Shown piece by piece: positions 27,101 to 42,100 of a DNA stretch of 64,000 nucleotides (within the stretch, counting starts at the first letter, position 1; each line of letters starts with the position of its first letter). This DNA is from Callorhinchus milii. Lineage: Eukaryota. The notes under the pieces are model-generated. The model saw nothing but the letters and a program-made list of their open reading frames with translations. It had not been told where the DNA came from and ran no database searches. A program made the position numbers and the translations under genes. The stretch covers positions 8,370,001-8,434,000 of the forward strand of contig NW_024704752.1 in the NCBI RefSeq assembly GCF_018977255.1. Direction: 5' to 3'.

Positions 27101-30100
27101 TCTCTGCTATTTAGATCATCCTTGATCCTACTGTTTTACAGTGTCCGGATGATCAGTACAAGGGGCTTTCACCTCAATTTCTCAATCGTTGCTTCGGGGT
27201 ACTTAAAGCTATGTGGAGAACACAATTACAGTATAACAGAAGAATAGGCTGAGACAACACCCTGCACATCTATTTACACAGGGACAGGCTGAACTCGTTA
27301 ATGTTTGTCCACTGAAGGAATACATGTCAGTTAAAGAGCAATTGAAGGGGTTAGAGACAGCAATGTCACACTGGTCTCAAGATAAAAGGACAAAGAGCAG
27401 TAAAATAATTGCACAAAGAAGAAAAACACAGAAAGGATGAGATGAACAAAATCAACACAAAAAAAATTCAAAAGAATGAATCTAAGAAAATGCACACAGA
27501 TCAACAGCTCTGTGAGTTTATTGATCAGTCGCTGACCCGTATAGATTGAGACACAGGTTGAGTCCCCAGTCTGGACTGTGAGATGGCTCAGTGCTCTGGG
27601 CTAGTCAGGCTTTCCACATACGATCACAATGCACCAAGTCTCTGCAGGAGATGTGCATCTGTGGGCGATTGAGTACAGAGAGCATCAGACTCCTCCTGGT
27701 GCCCCTGCAGTCAAATAACCAATCGGTACTCATTGTCGAGGCTTACATATGGTATCACTTGGGCGAGAGACTGAAGAGAGTCCGTGGAACAGAACCATAT
27801 GACACAGTAGGACACCGTTCAGCCTATTTTTCGTGCCAGTGTTTCCTATTCCAAGAAGCCGTCAATCCTGATCTCAATTCCTTGCTCCTTCCTTCCTTGT
27901 ACCCTCGGATGCCCTTCCTCTGCGTGTTTGTCAAATTTTCTTTTAAATGCCCTGATCGTCTCAGCTCTAACAGCCACCCTGGCAAATTGCTCCACATCCT
28001 GACAGCCCTCTGGGAGAAGAAGTTCTTCCGAACCTCTCCTTTATTTCCCTCTTTGTCACAATTTTGAAATTCTCATCCTTGAATCACTCTCCGAGTGGAA
28101 AACGTTTTTTACATTTCATTCCTTTCAAACTTTACATTATCTCATCTCATCACTCCGCAGGCTTCTCTGCTTTAACAGAACGTCAGTGGGGTGAGGGAGT
28201 TTAAAATAAAAAGTCTCAAACTTTCAGGAACCAGTAAGCAAAATAAATGAAAGGTTTAAAACGCACAAAAATGTTGAGTTTCTGCCCGATGTTGACAGTG
28301 CTGAGAGCTGGGCCTCTCTCTGGAGACGGAGGCTATTCCAAACTCTCTTCTGTCGTTACTTCATTTCTCATCAAACTCCAAATTAATCCCCCACTTCCCC
28401 CACAACCCCCCCATGCCCCCGGTGTGGACAGGCAGACAAACTGATCCCAGGCTTCTCTATTATTTTGAGGCTTTTCTGTTCCAAGTGCACCATATAGTGT
28501 GTCACTGTAGTGCACTAAGTGCTCTTTTGCTCATTTCGGTACACCTCACAAATCTATCTGTGCGCTGTATCAATAACTGACACCATTTCAAATCACTGAT
28601 AGTACAGACCAATTCTGTCTTCTAACAGCCCCATGCACACACGCACTTTTCAGCAGAGCGAGGGTTACCAGAGGAAGAATCCTGGAGAAGTTCAGCTAAC
28701 TGTGTACACCCTGATGGTAGAACACAGGACTTTCCAATTCTCTATGCCTCAGTTCCACACCTGGCCATGCCATCGATGAGCTCAGATTTAACCTCACCCA
28801 TTCAAACAGTTAGATTTTTATTGCAGGGGTTAGGAAACATTGTTGAGCTAGGTATAGAGAGGGCAGTTTTCTCAGGCTTTTTTTAAAAAAACTAGACTTA
28901 AAAAAAATCTATCACTTGGGTGCAAAAAAAAACTCTTGTTTGATTTATGAGCCGTCATTCAATAGGAAGGGGCACTGGCGTTAGGAGAGAACCAAATAAG
29001 CTGTATAATACTGGACATTTGTAAATCAATCGTCCTCCCCCCCTCAACACACACACACACACTTCAGTAAGACCCAGCCAGCTATTCATCACAAGCTTCA
29101 AAAACTAAAATAAATGCAGGCCTCAGCTTTACATTGAGAAATGAGTTAACCTCACAAGATCCTGATTGTGAAACTGTCCTTACACAATGACAATGTGGGG
29201 AACTCCAGACCACAACTCCTTTCCATGGGCTCTGCATTCAGCCAAATGGGCCGTGGTAACAGAAGACAGTTAGGAAGCGGCCTACAGATGAGATGACAGG
29301 GAGAAGGATTGATGGAACAGAATACAATGGGTGGGGAGGGGGCAGAGAGCCTGTGGGCAGGGTGGTCTGTGCCCTGACCACCCAGTGCGTTGTCAAAAGA
29401 ATTCAAGTGAAACAAATCCATTTCAAACAAAGATGGTCACCCGCTCCAACATTAGGGCAGCATTCTGAAGAGCAGAAGCGGAAGTGAACAGGATTAAATG
29501 TGGGTGATTTTTTGGGTGATCTTTCGCAGAGCACAATACAGGTGGCAAATGCCACAGATATGCATGCAGAACAGCCACCCGGAAAAGGTACTAGAGGGTG
29601 GCTCATGACTGTGTAATGCAATACCAGAAGATAGACGTTTTTAAAAAAAATGAATTCACACTAACACACAATGCAATAGAGCAGGGATAAACATAGGATC
29701 AAGATCCACTCTGCTTGGTTGCTGATCTCATTGTGCCAAGTAGAGAGCGGCTGAGCAGCAGTTGGAACAGAAACAGAATGGGGAAAGAAGGAGAAAAAGG
29801 AGTTGTATTTTACAGCACCTTATCATATCAAACTATCTCAAAATACTTCACAGTAATAACTGTCAAGTGAAGTCATTTTCTTTTGTAGGCAGATGCTACA
29901 AGTTATTTTGTGCAGAGCAAGGTGCCATAAACAACCATAAAGCAAATGACCAATTTATCTGGAGGATCATTGACCAAGAAACCAGAGAAATTCCCTTTGC
30001 TTTTGGAATAGGATGATAGGATCTTTAACACCCAGGCTCGAGGCAGACGGGAGCTGGGTTTAACGTCTCATCCCAAGGACGGCACATCTGTCAAAGCAGC

Positions 30101-33100
30101 GCTCGCTCGCTTAAGACTACACTAGGGGTAAGCCAAGACTGAGTTGACATTACAACATCCTGCAACCTTCTGACCCCGAGGAGAAGAAATTGTCACGGTG
30201 GTCTCCAGCTTCTTAGGTTTATGTGAGAGCAGATAGTATCTCTTGGCTCTTAGCGAGTCAATATAAAGAACCCTTATCTGCATCAAATAACATCAAAAAT
30301 GGAATAAAACTTAAAATTATTTGAACAATTTCTTGGGACCAGAGCACTTAAAAATTGACAGGAATCATCATACCCAAACCCAACCTCCCCCCAAAAAATA
30401 TTGTTGCCCTAGTTACGTGGATTGCCTTAGGGAGTGCCACCTTTCTCAGACTCTTCTATCACCCTTGTCTCAAGAGGTTTGAGATGCTTCAGTGAATTTG
30501 CCTCCAGGTGTGTGTGGCACTGGGAGGTGGAAGGTTAAGGTCTTGAAAGGCCCTGCAGCAGAAAACACCAACAGCTGCATTAGGAATCAGCGTGCGAAGA
30601 GAAGGGAAATGAATAATAAAAAACACTTGCATTAGATATAGCATCTTATCACTTGTCAAAATGCTTCAACGTGCTTCATACAATGAGTTACTATGAATTG
30701 CAGTGACTTATTTACGCAAACAAGGCAGGCAATCTGTATCAGCAATGTCCAGCAATTAAATGAATTGATCTGTTTTGTGTTGAATAATAATCCCTCCAAA
30801 ACAATAATAAATTGGTCATTTTCAATCCACGACTGTTTGTGGGACACTGCTATGCGCAATTGGCTGCCGCGTTTTGCCCACAAATATACGGTCAATTCAC
30901 TTTACAGCAAATTCTGTGAAGCGTTTTGAGACGTCTAGAAGACGTGAAAAGCGCTATATCAAATGCAAAGATTATTAATATTTATTATTGAATTCGGCTG
31001 AGATAAATATTGGTCTGGACACTGGAAAACTCCCTGCTCTTATTCCAAATTGTGTCACAGGATCTTTAGATCTAACTGAACCACTGAAAATGTAGATAGA
31101 ACCTTGATTTAATTTCTCATCTGAAGAATGACATCCCTGGCAATGCTGTGCTCCCTCAGCACTGCAGTGGAATGTCAGCCTGGCCTGTAGAGTTGAAATC
31201 CTGCTGTGGGGCCTGAACCCATAACCTCTGACCAAGAGACGTGACTATCATAAGTCATTATGTTGAGGATGAAAATGCATCATCGCACTGCCCAGGGCTG
31301 TACATAGATCAGGAAATACCAGATTCCAGCAATTTCAATTGGCCACTTATCTCTATAAAAATTGCTGAGAAAGGCAGCAAATGATTTTCTTATACACTCC
31401 ACTCATTCTCTATAGGTCAATGTCTGCACAAGACTAGCCAGCCTTCATTATCCTAATCGTCATGTCTTTGAAAGGTAGTTTGTGCAAACACGTAAACAGT
31501 CTCTGAGTCTCTACAGTAGCCAGAGTCACTGGGGTACAGTCAAGAAAATTATAATAATAATCCTTGTATTTGATATAGCGCCTTATCATGACTTTGAGAT
31601 GTCTCAAGGTGTTTCACAGAATATATTGTAAAGTGGATTGATTGTGTATTAAGTGGGTGAAATGCAGTAGCCAATTACACACAGCAGTGACCCACAAACA
31701 GTCGTAGATTGAGTGACCAATTTTTTTGGGGTGGGGGTAGGGGTTATTACCCCCAGAAAGCGATCCACCAATCAACTAACAACCAGGTTCTTCCTTGCTA
31801 ATAGGTAAACAGAGGTGTGTGGAGTAAGCAAACTTGCCTATCGTTTCGTACTGTCTGGGAATCTTAACACAGCCTCACACACACACACACAAATACTTTC
31901 AATCAGTAATCACTGGATAATGATCAGAATGGAACACTGGCTGGTAACTTTTCACCCACGCACAGAACCAAATCTGAAGTGACCCAGTATTTTGAATATT
32001 TGAAGTGCAGTAGGAGTTAATTGGTACCATATCAACTCCTTTCGCAGTCTACTAACAAAAATGCCCCTTTGCTCTCCCCCTTTCCTGTTCAAAAACAAAA
32101 GGAATGCTCTTGTATTGAATTTGACTGCCACCACTGCTCGGCCCTCCTTTCCTGTGCGATTGTCCCTCGATGTGTGTCCTACGAGATTGTGTCATCAGAT
32201 TACACCCAAATTATCCCCTTCAATCAGGTGCTAATGATCATTATTAAACCATTGCATATGAACCTACAGCTCTGGTTAATTCCTGGGTCAGATTAAGTGA
32301 GACAACATCTCAGTAAGGTACATCAGTGCCTGCTTTGCTATTAAGCAGGATTCCTTCTTATTCAACATTGGGTAATTACATGGAAAATAATTACATGCTG
32401 TTGTAGACATCAATGTCTCGCTTTACCTTTTGCGCTTTTTATTGTGCTGGTGTACAGAATCACGGTCCCACGACAGACAGTACAGAAACGGCCTTTGTTA
32501 GTTTGGTTAGATAGATTTACAGTCTTGAACTCTGGTGGAGATAGCCGAAACTGGTATCATACATTTGCTCTCAATATACTGTACAAGTTTCACAGTAAAC
32601 GTATTATGGTCTGCATGGATTCCTTCACAACTGATGTTTCTAATTTTGATGATTCCACAAATAATCCCCAGTGATGCTCTCAGCCAGGAGCTTTCTCCGA
32701 TCACACTGAAAAGTCACAGAGCTGCTGTTAGCCACTGAGAAATTGTTCGCCCGTAACCTGGAGTTGGTAAAAACCTGCATTTCATAAAGGAGCTCTCCTC
32801 TCCCAAACCACACACACAAATGGTTCCCTCTGTTGTGCCGATGGCTTTCCTGGGATAGTTGAACACATTTTCGAAACACAGAATCCTTCTCACACCACTG
32901 AAACAACCAAACCACTGCAAAACACAGCTGTCTAAACAGTGGGACCATCAGTGTGTCCTACATACTGAACCCACAATAATAATATTTGATATAGCGCCTT
33001 ATCACGTCTTCAAGATGTCTCAAAGCATTTCACAGAATATACTGTGAAATTAATTGACTGCATATTTTGTGGGCGATATGCAGCAGCCAATTGGGCCCAG

Positions 33101-36100
33101 AAATGTCCCACAAACTGTCGTGGATTGAGCGACAAAATTATTCTTTTTTTTTTGGAGGGATAATTACCCCCTGGAAAAATGATCCACCAATCGATAATCC
33201 TTCCATCATGAAAGGCACTATGTCAAATGCAAGGATTATTATAATTGCAACCTTACTTTTCTTTTTAAATGTAATCAATAATGTTTTTCCATCGCTAAGC
33301 TCAATTTTCTTCTTGTTCCTGTTAATTGTGTTACCCAATTCACTATCACTTGCATCTTCTTACCCGCGTCTTCACTGTGTTAAAATCAAAACTCATTCAA
33401 ACATCTCTTAATCTATGACCCATTCAATCTCATGATTTCCGTGAGACTCTTTATTGCCCTCTCTTCCTTTCTGCCTACAATCTACTGCTTGCGACTATGT
33501 CTTGATCTACCCAGAAACTGTCCACAATATAGGCCTCGGCTTTCTCAGTTATTAAAATGACCTGTAATCTGACTCTTTTGACTGTTCTACAAATCTTCGA
33601 CTCACACAGATTGGAAAGCCAGAAGTCCCAATTCAATGATGATTTCCTAACCAACTGAGAAGGGCTTTCTGAGGTAAATATTTCCCAATGCTTAACAAGC
33701 TTACCTATCCTACAGCAACAACAACAACAACAAGATTCCATTTATAAAGCGCCTTTCACGTCAGGAGGACGTCCCAAGGCGCTGCACAGTTGGGTCATGA
33801 CCCGAGCAGGGGGGAAACGGTCAGGGTGAGGGAAGGGAGGGAGCGAGGAGGGGGGAAATGGTCAGGGTGAGGGGAGGGAAGGGAGGGAGCGAGGAGGGGG
33901 AAGAGAGTCGAGAGGGGAGCTGAAGGCACGGTCAAAGAGAAAGGTTTTGAGACCGGCCTTGAAGGAGGAAAGGGAGGAAGCAAGGCGAAGGCACTGGGGG
34001 ATGGAGTTCCAGAGCCTGGGGGCTGAGAGGCTGAAGGCCCGACCACCGATGGTAGGGCGGTTGGGGCGGGGGACGTGGAGCAGACCAGAGCCAGAGGAAC
34101 GGAGGGTACGGGCAGGTAGGTAGGGGGATAGTAGGTTGGAGAGGTAGGAGGGAGCAAGGCCGTGAATGGCCTTGTAGGTGAGGATGAGGATCTTGAAATC
34201 AATCCTCTGGGGGATGGGGAGCCAGTGGAGGCGAGCGAGGGTGGGAGTGATGTGGTCCCGAAGCCTGGTGCGGGACAGTACACGAGCTGCAGAGTTCTGA
34301 ATGACCTGCAGCTTGTGGAGGGAGATGGCGGGAAGGCCGGCGAGGAGAGAGTTCCCATAGTCCAGCCTTGAGGTGACAAAGGCGTGGACCAGAGTTTCAG
34401 CAGCGTGAGGGGTGAGGTAGTGCCGTAGTCTGGCGATGTTCCAAAGGTGATGGAAGGCGGTGCCAGTTGTAGTGCAAGCAGTTGGGGAGGATTTTCTGTA
34501 GATTTTCTATGTATCTGAGATTGTTTTCCTATACTTTCACACCCTTCACAAGATATGCAAATATATACCTAACATGTGTCAGTTTGCTTCATTCAGTAAT
34601 ACTTTCGCCTCTGAGCCAGAAAGCCACGTGTCACAGTCCTGAAGAAGATCACCATCTAGGTTGACATTCCAGTGTTATAATGTGGGAAGCATTATATTAT
34701 CAAAAGTATTGTCCATTGGATGAAATGATCAACCAAAGTACTATCTGCTTGTTCGGTTGGACATTTTAGGCATTTAGGCACTATTCAAAATGAACTTCTC
34801 CTAATGTCCTGACCAAAAATTCTCCAGAATTCATTCGCCATTAACCTCATAACTGTATGCAAAATTTTGCTGTGTACAAAATGGCTGCCTTGTTTACTGC
34901 GAAAGGCTTTGAGCTGTTTCAACATGGTTGTTCTTTAAAAATGCAAGTTCGTTCTTTATATCAAGTGCTGAGACAATGAAAACATGCAATAATGGTATCT
35001 TGCCAAATAGAAGAGAAATTCAAGAGTTCTCTGGGATCAGAGTTTCTCATTAAGCAGAGCCATCAACACCTCAGAAAATCCTTGGATTGAGATTTATGAT
35101 CACATCAAGACAGATTGCACTCCAAATGGGTTGCATGTGGCTTGCCTGATAACCAACAACAGCCATTTTCACAAAGGGGCCGACTGTCTGAAACAGGGCA
35201 GTCCGATGCTGCCTGACACACCCTGCGGAGGATGCACAGATTCTGCCTGTTCTGTTTCACGTACCCAGTATAGTGCCACTTTTAAATCACGACTACCTGT
35301 TAATGTGCTAACCTGATTAGCAGCAGGCCTTTTCTCTCTTCATCAATCTTGCATCAATTATCAATCTTGCATTGCAGCATCTAACCAAGAAATGCCTATC
35401 GCTATGGGAATATTTAACTGACCTCTGCAACTTAAACATAGTAGAGCTTACTAAACAAAAAGTACCGACGAGGGTAAAATAAATGCCATCTTCTGATGAT
35501 GGATACCCTGGGAGGGAAGGTGGAATGCGAGAAAATAGGAGGAAGATTACAGAAATAAAAAAAAACGGTCAACTGTTAAATTATATGGACATACTCAAGT
35601 CTCTGCTATTTTCCGGAAATGCTTGAGGTTTTGTAAGCTTCCAAGCTTTAAGTCAAATTAGTCAGGACATTGTAAATGAACAGCCTGTGCAATTCACTTA
35701 GTGCTTCTACTTGCTAGGAATTCTCTCTGCTCTCTCCTCCCTCAACATTCTTGACCTGGACTCCTCCATTTTCACATTGATGGAAACCTGCTGATTTGTT
35801 CCATTTTGTGTCGTCCTGTAGCTCAGTGCTAGAGCACTCGCATAGCAAGTGAGAGACCTGGATTCAATTCCCGACAGGGCGAAATGTTGGGTAAGTTTCC
35901 TTACTCCACACACCTCTGTTTACCTAGCAGTTAGTGGGAACCCAGTTGTTAGTCGATTGCTGGATCGCTTTTCCAGGGGTAATAATTCTTTCAAATTTTT
36001 TTTTAAAAATTGGTCATTTCGATCCATGACCGTTTGTGGGACACTGCTGTGCACAATTGGCTGCCATGTTTCGCCCACAAAATATACAATCAATTCCCTT

Positions 36101-39100
36101 TACAGTATATTCTGCGAAGCACATGGAACCATCTCAAAGACGTGATAAGGTGCTATATCAAATGCAAGGATTATTATTATTATTTTAAAATCTCAATTGC
36201 GGGTTTAACAAAATGAAATGTATTGACCGAAAGGTCAAATTCTTCCACATAATTTCTACACGATGTTATATGACAGCAAGATAAAGGTGAGGTTTTTTAA
36301 AAAAGGGGGTCAGGGTTAAAGAGAAAATGTTTGCCTGAAAATACACAGTCATTACACTTGACATTAATTGACTGTACTGGTTGGATGATGGCAGTAAATA
36401 AAGGAGGTGGAAAGTAGATACAAAGGTGGAAGCCCTGGCCATAATAAGGTGTTTGCATGGCCTGTGAAAGTACAGCCTCAATGAACTGAATGATCCTCTC
36501 ACCTCATGGTCTTATTGCAAATAAGTAAAACAATAATGGCAATGATTTCACACTAGCTGGTGTCCCCAGCACATTATCTCCACCAAACTTTCAAAGTTAT
36601 CCTGCTTCTATATTGATACGCTTCCATATTTCATCGTTAAATGGTTCTTGGAAACGACTTCAGCTCTGGCCACAATGGGATGATAAGTTATTTCCAACAG
36701 TGTTGTCCACTAAGCTTTAGTCACTGGCCAAAATAACAACTACAAATTGCATTTATGCAGCGCCTTTCGCATCAGGAAGGACATCCAAAGAGCAATCCCG
36801 AGCATCTTTCAGGAGTGCATTAACATAGAAAGATTGGACATGGGTCACCATGCAGGAGTCCCAGTTTAGTGGGCTTCTCATTCCAATCATTAGAGGCTAA
36901 GCACTTCCCAATAAAGGGCAAAAAGCTATTTTGTTAAAAGCTGATAAACCTGCCTCATAATCACACTCCCATACATTCTCAAGCAAAAAGGAGAATAGGA
37001 GAGGGAAGCTGCTAAACTCCAGTATTAGCAACATCCCTTGGACATGCAGTCAATCAATAGCACAAAAAACACATGGAGCAGCAAGCCCACCTCCAGTCAT
37101 AGGAGGAATGCACTATAAATAGCCCCTAAGCCATATTCCAAGCACAACTAACCTGGCCATACCTAGTAACAGAGTGTCCCTGTCGTACACAGGATGGAGC
37201 AGGCATTTGAAAACCATCTGCAAATGCAATGCCAGGCCAGGCTGTCAATATTCTGCAGAAACAGACTATAAATAGTCACACTCAGCAATATTTGACCCTA
37301 CGGTGCTGGAAAACATTATCGCAGGGGAGAAAAAGGAAAGAAAAATGCAGATGGAAACTTTTACTCAAAAAACCTTGAACAATTCCTTCAGGTCCAATAA
37401 CGGAGCAGAGTTAATTCTGCATTGAAAATGTGGTACAGTAAAGATCTTCAATTCCGACAAGCAAAATATTCCTCATTAAAATTGTACAATTTAGAGTGGT
37501 TCAAAGGTTTCCTTTTGCAGGAATTTGACAGGGTTGCCAATCTCGTCTGATGATATTACCAAGGGCAAGAGTTCAAATGAGCAACATCAGCAGCAACATA
37601 ATTTAAGCAATAGCACTTAAATGCTAGTTTTGGGATTTTAATAAGGAACCCATTAACAATCGGGATTTACAAAATACGTTGCAAATTTGGGATTGTTTTT
37701 TAATTGCTGTTTCTATACGATATGGAAATTATAACGATTAAATTTGACATAGAATTTAACATCTACAGTAATTGCTGTCAAGTATATTGACTGTGTGCAG
37801 CTGCATACAGCAGGTCCAATATTGACTGAAGTGAATGACCAATTTTATCTGGAGGATTTTTGGCTTGGACATCAGGAGAAATTTGCTTCTGTTTTCAACT
37901 AATGTTGCAGGATCTTTAAGATTCATCTCACGAGGTGAATGAGGCCTCAGCTTAATGTCTCAACCAGAGTCCAGTAGCTCAATGGTTAGAGAACTCGCTT
38001 CGCAAGCGAGAGACCTGGGCTCGATTCCCGGTAGGGTGAAACATTGGCCAAGTTTCCTTACTACACACGCCTCTGTTTACCTAGCAGGTAAGTAGGAACC
38101 CGTTTGTTAGTCGGTTGGCAGATAGATCACTTTCCTGGGGGTAATAATTCCTTCAAAAAAAAACTGGGTCACTCAATCCACAACTGTTTGTGGGACACTG
38201 GTGCATGCAATTGGCTGCTACATTTCGCCCACAAAATATACAGTCAATTCACTTTCAGTTATATTCTCTGAAGCGCTTTGACACATCTCGAAGATATGAT
38301 AAAGGCACTATATCAAATGGAAGGATTATTATTTTATTATAACCACAGGATAACATTTTTAACAATGGAAAAATGACCAATTGGGTGTACTTTGGTGGGT
38401 GAACTATGCCTATGGAACCAAGCCCAACAACAACACCTTGCATTTATATAACGCCCTTTATGCAGGTAAAGTCGAGGAGCACTTAACATTGGCTCAATTT
38501 GACGGCATAGTGCCCAGCAAGTCATTCCCTTTAAGAGAGAAAGAAAATTGGAGGGGGGATGGTAGAGAAAGATGAACATAAACACATTCCTCTAACGAAA
38601 AGGAACTAGGGTTGATTTTGTGAGTTGACATGCCTTGAAGCTACATCCATGATCTGGGCATTCATTTCAGAGCAGATGCGCTTTTTGTCAAAAAGGCAGA
38701 AAGCTGCAGAAACGGAAACACACCAAGCGGTCCCTTGGATCACAGCCATCTCTCCTTTTCAGCTCACGCTGCAGAAGTGTGCAACGGAAGGAGGATTATC
38801 GTTGGGGCACAATCTCTTTTCTATGTTTACTTCCAGGGCTGTTATGCATTTGCCTGGACGCAACTCCTCCTTTTCCCCATCAGGATAAGGGATTAACAGG
38901 TAAAGAACAGGAGTAATGAAAACAGCAAAGATTTGTTTGGTGAGGGAAGACAACAACTTGCAATTATATAGCGCTCTTCATGCCAGACAGCGTCTCAGAA
39001 AGCTTAATGAAATCTTCAAGTTCAATTGTTCAAAAAGAGACAACATTATTCCTGAGCAAAACCCCGCTTTGACCCCAAGTGAATAGCATCATATCACAGG

Positions 39101-42100
39101 AACGATATTAGTGCTCTTGAGAGGTTACAATGCAGTCCAGCCTGGCGATAACAGGCCTTGTGAATCTAGGTTAAAGAAGCAGGGTTTGTTCTTAATTTAC
39201 TAAATGTAGAGAGATTGGGATTCGATCCTTGTCTCCGTAGGTATATACACTGTTTGGTATGAGACTGAGTTATATCACAAAGGTGCCAAGTTGGCTGATT
39301 GCAGACTGGATAATACCTGTAATCATGGTTCTACAATTGCCCTTGAATAAAGGAAGGAAGTCAGCCGAATGGCTCCTTCTCTAGTTCACACTGTACAGTG
39401 AGTATGGCTTATATTGGACATATTTTTGATCCACCAAACAGTTGAACAGAATATCAACACTGAGTGTCCAGGCTCACACACAGAGAATGACCAATTGAGT
39501 GAGGTGTCAGAGGGCAACTAGAAAACTGCACCTCAGTATTAGTTAGCACCCATGGGGGGGGATGGGGAGAGAAGGTGGCAGAAGAAAAAAGAAATGAAAA
39601 GCATATTTTGATAAGGCGCCTTATCCTGGCTAAATATGTCAAAGCATTTCACATGTCGAGCAACTTTGAAATGCAGTGACTGTTATGAAGGCAAACACGA
39701 TACTAAACTGGTAAAGCAAAGTCCCACACGTAGCAATGAGATGAATGACCCATTAATGTCATTTTTTTCACCATCTAAGCTTCCACTTGAAAAACAGTTA
39801 CTTGGCCTTGAAATGAGCTGTGCTGTACTGGGCAGGCTGTACACCACCACAAATGGCTTCAGCAAAGGAGGGAGGAAAACCAGAGATAATCTAAAACAAT
39901 ACACTGACAGAAAGCAAAGTAGCAAACTGCTACAAATTCTCAGATCTGTCTTGATATTTCAGAAGTAATTTGAAGTGATCAGACACAGAAAACATGATGG
40001 AAGTACAGAATTCAGAAAAATGCAATCCATTGCCAAAGTCCTTTCATCGTTCACTGTCTGTGCCAAGGACTTTCTGGAGACCTTTGGCACGATCATTAAG
40101 AAGAGTATTATTAAAACCATTTCCTGCTACCAAACCTCTGAAATGTTATTAAGTATGAGGAGATTGATTGAATTAATTGTGTCAGAATACATTACACACA
40201 TTCCAAGGACACTTGTGTGCAATTGTGTTCAGTGATTTCACATTAATGGAGGTTTGAAACAGCTAATAATAATTCCTTGCATTTGATATAGTGCCATTCA
40301 CATTGGGAGGATGTCTCAAAGTGGTTCACTGGATTTATTGTAAAAAAGCAGTAACTGTGTATTTTGTAGATGAAAGCAGTAAGGCAGAAGCCATAAGCGA
40401 ATGATTGATTTTATCTGGGAGTTTGTTGGTCAGGACACCAGTAGAAACTCCCTTCTTTAACATCCACCTCAACAGGGAGTCAGGACCTCAGCTGACATCT
40501 CATCTGAGGAAGGAGCCTCCAACAAAGCAGCATTCCCCAGCACTGTGTTGGAGGGTCAACCTCGACTCGATTCAAAGTCTTGAGGTAGGGCTTGAACCCA
40601 CAAACTTCTGACACAGAGAGAAGATTGGTATCAACTCAGCGAGGCTGACCCCTATCTGGATCAGAGTTATAAGGGCCATTTTGGAAGGGGAACCAGAAAT
40701 GGTTGCATTGTCCTTAAAATAAGCTGTGAGCACTACATTCCCAGAACTACAATTATCTGAGCGTACTGGTAACCAGATATTTTGTCAATCCTCGAACTTT
40801 CCCATACTGTATTGGTTTAACTCAGTGGTGTGGAAATGATGCAGCTGGAATATGACAGGAAATTGCATCTCTAGAGGTGTTATAAGAGCCAGGTTTCAAA
40901 TACAGCTCATAATATTTGATATTACTCTCTGTTACTCTACTGACCCAATCTTGTTAAAGCCTTTGGGCAGCACATATGGTACAGAAAGAATCAATACGGA
41001 TATGTGCTAAGAATAATTTGTATCTTCAAATTCCTTTGCAGGTATAAAGGAGAACTTGCATTGTTATAGTGACTTATCACATTGAAACGTCTCAAGTGCT
41101 TTCCAGGGAATCACTATTAAAACCAGCACAGGTACATCCCAGGTTATTCAAGATCATAGAATACGGAGTTCAAAAGGTCCCGAACAAAACTAATGGTTCC
41201 CCAATGGAACCATGGATAGATGCACTACCCTGTGCTCTACTGAACCACACAGGGATGATTCCCAGTCTGTGCTGAACTAGCTCTAGCTAAGCTCAGCTCG
41301 GGACACAACAATTCAGCTCCCTGCCTTCGGTCTGTGGAGGAAGAAAGAAATCTGCCACAGGTCCTGTTCTTTATTGTTATTAAGCAATGTGCTGGAATGC
41401 GTCTGTCTGTCTGCTTGCCTGTATGGATATACATACCCATTAGACTAAGACAGGATCCAACTTTAATATGATGCCCTCAGCTGAACAATCTGCTTCAGTT
41501 TGCTGTTGAGTCTCCCATATAAAAAATAAATGAGATCCTGGAGCATTCGTGGTCCCCATGGAACTGCATTACAGCACATGTCGGCACTTTCAGGAGAAGA
41601 ATATTTAAAAATATTCCAATTGAAAAGTAAAGGTATTGTAAGGCAAATAATTGAATACATTTTTAACGCAACATGTATTTAGTGCAACTTTAATACAACT
41701 TTAATTTAAAATTCTGCCCCAGCTCTCTGGAACACCTCTCTCCCGCCCCCTTTTAAAGTCTGGTGTCTTTCCCACTCTCTTCAGGTGCTCCCCAGGTTTG
41801 GGTGCCGAGCCAGCTGTGTAAAGCGCTTTGAGACTTCCTTCCAACATGAAAAGCTCTACATAAATGTAAATTGTATTATGTTTTATTAATAACATGCTCA
41901 TTTTTCACACAAATCCCGCTTTAGTGCTACGAGTTTTTTTTCTGTTTAGGTTGGGCACAGATGTCACAAAGCATGCAGTATTAATTAAGGTTACAACGAA
42001 TGTCAAGAATAAAATGCATGATGCATTAAAAAAAGTTGTTGAGTTCAGATAACTTGCTTTCAGGATTTAAAAGGGGATATTTTGCTACCACTGCTGTTTG

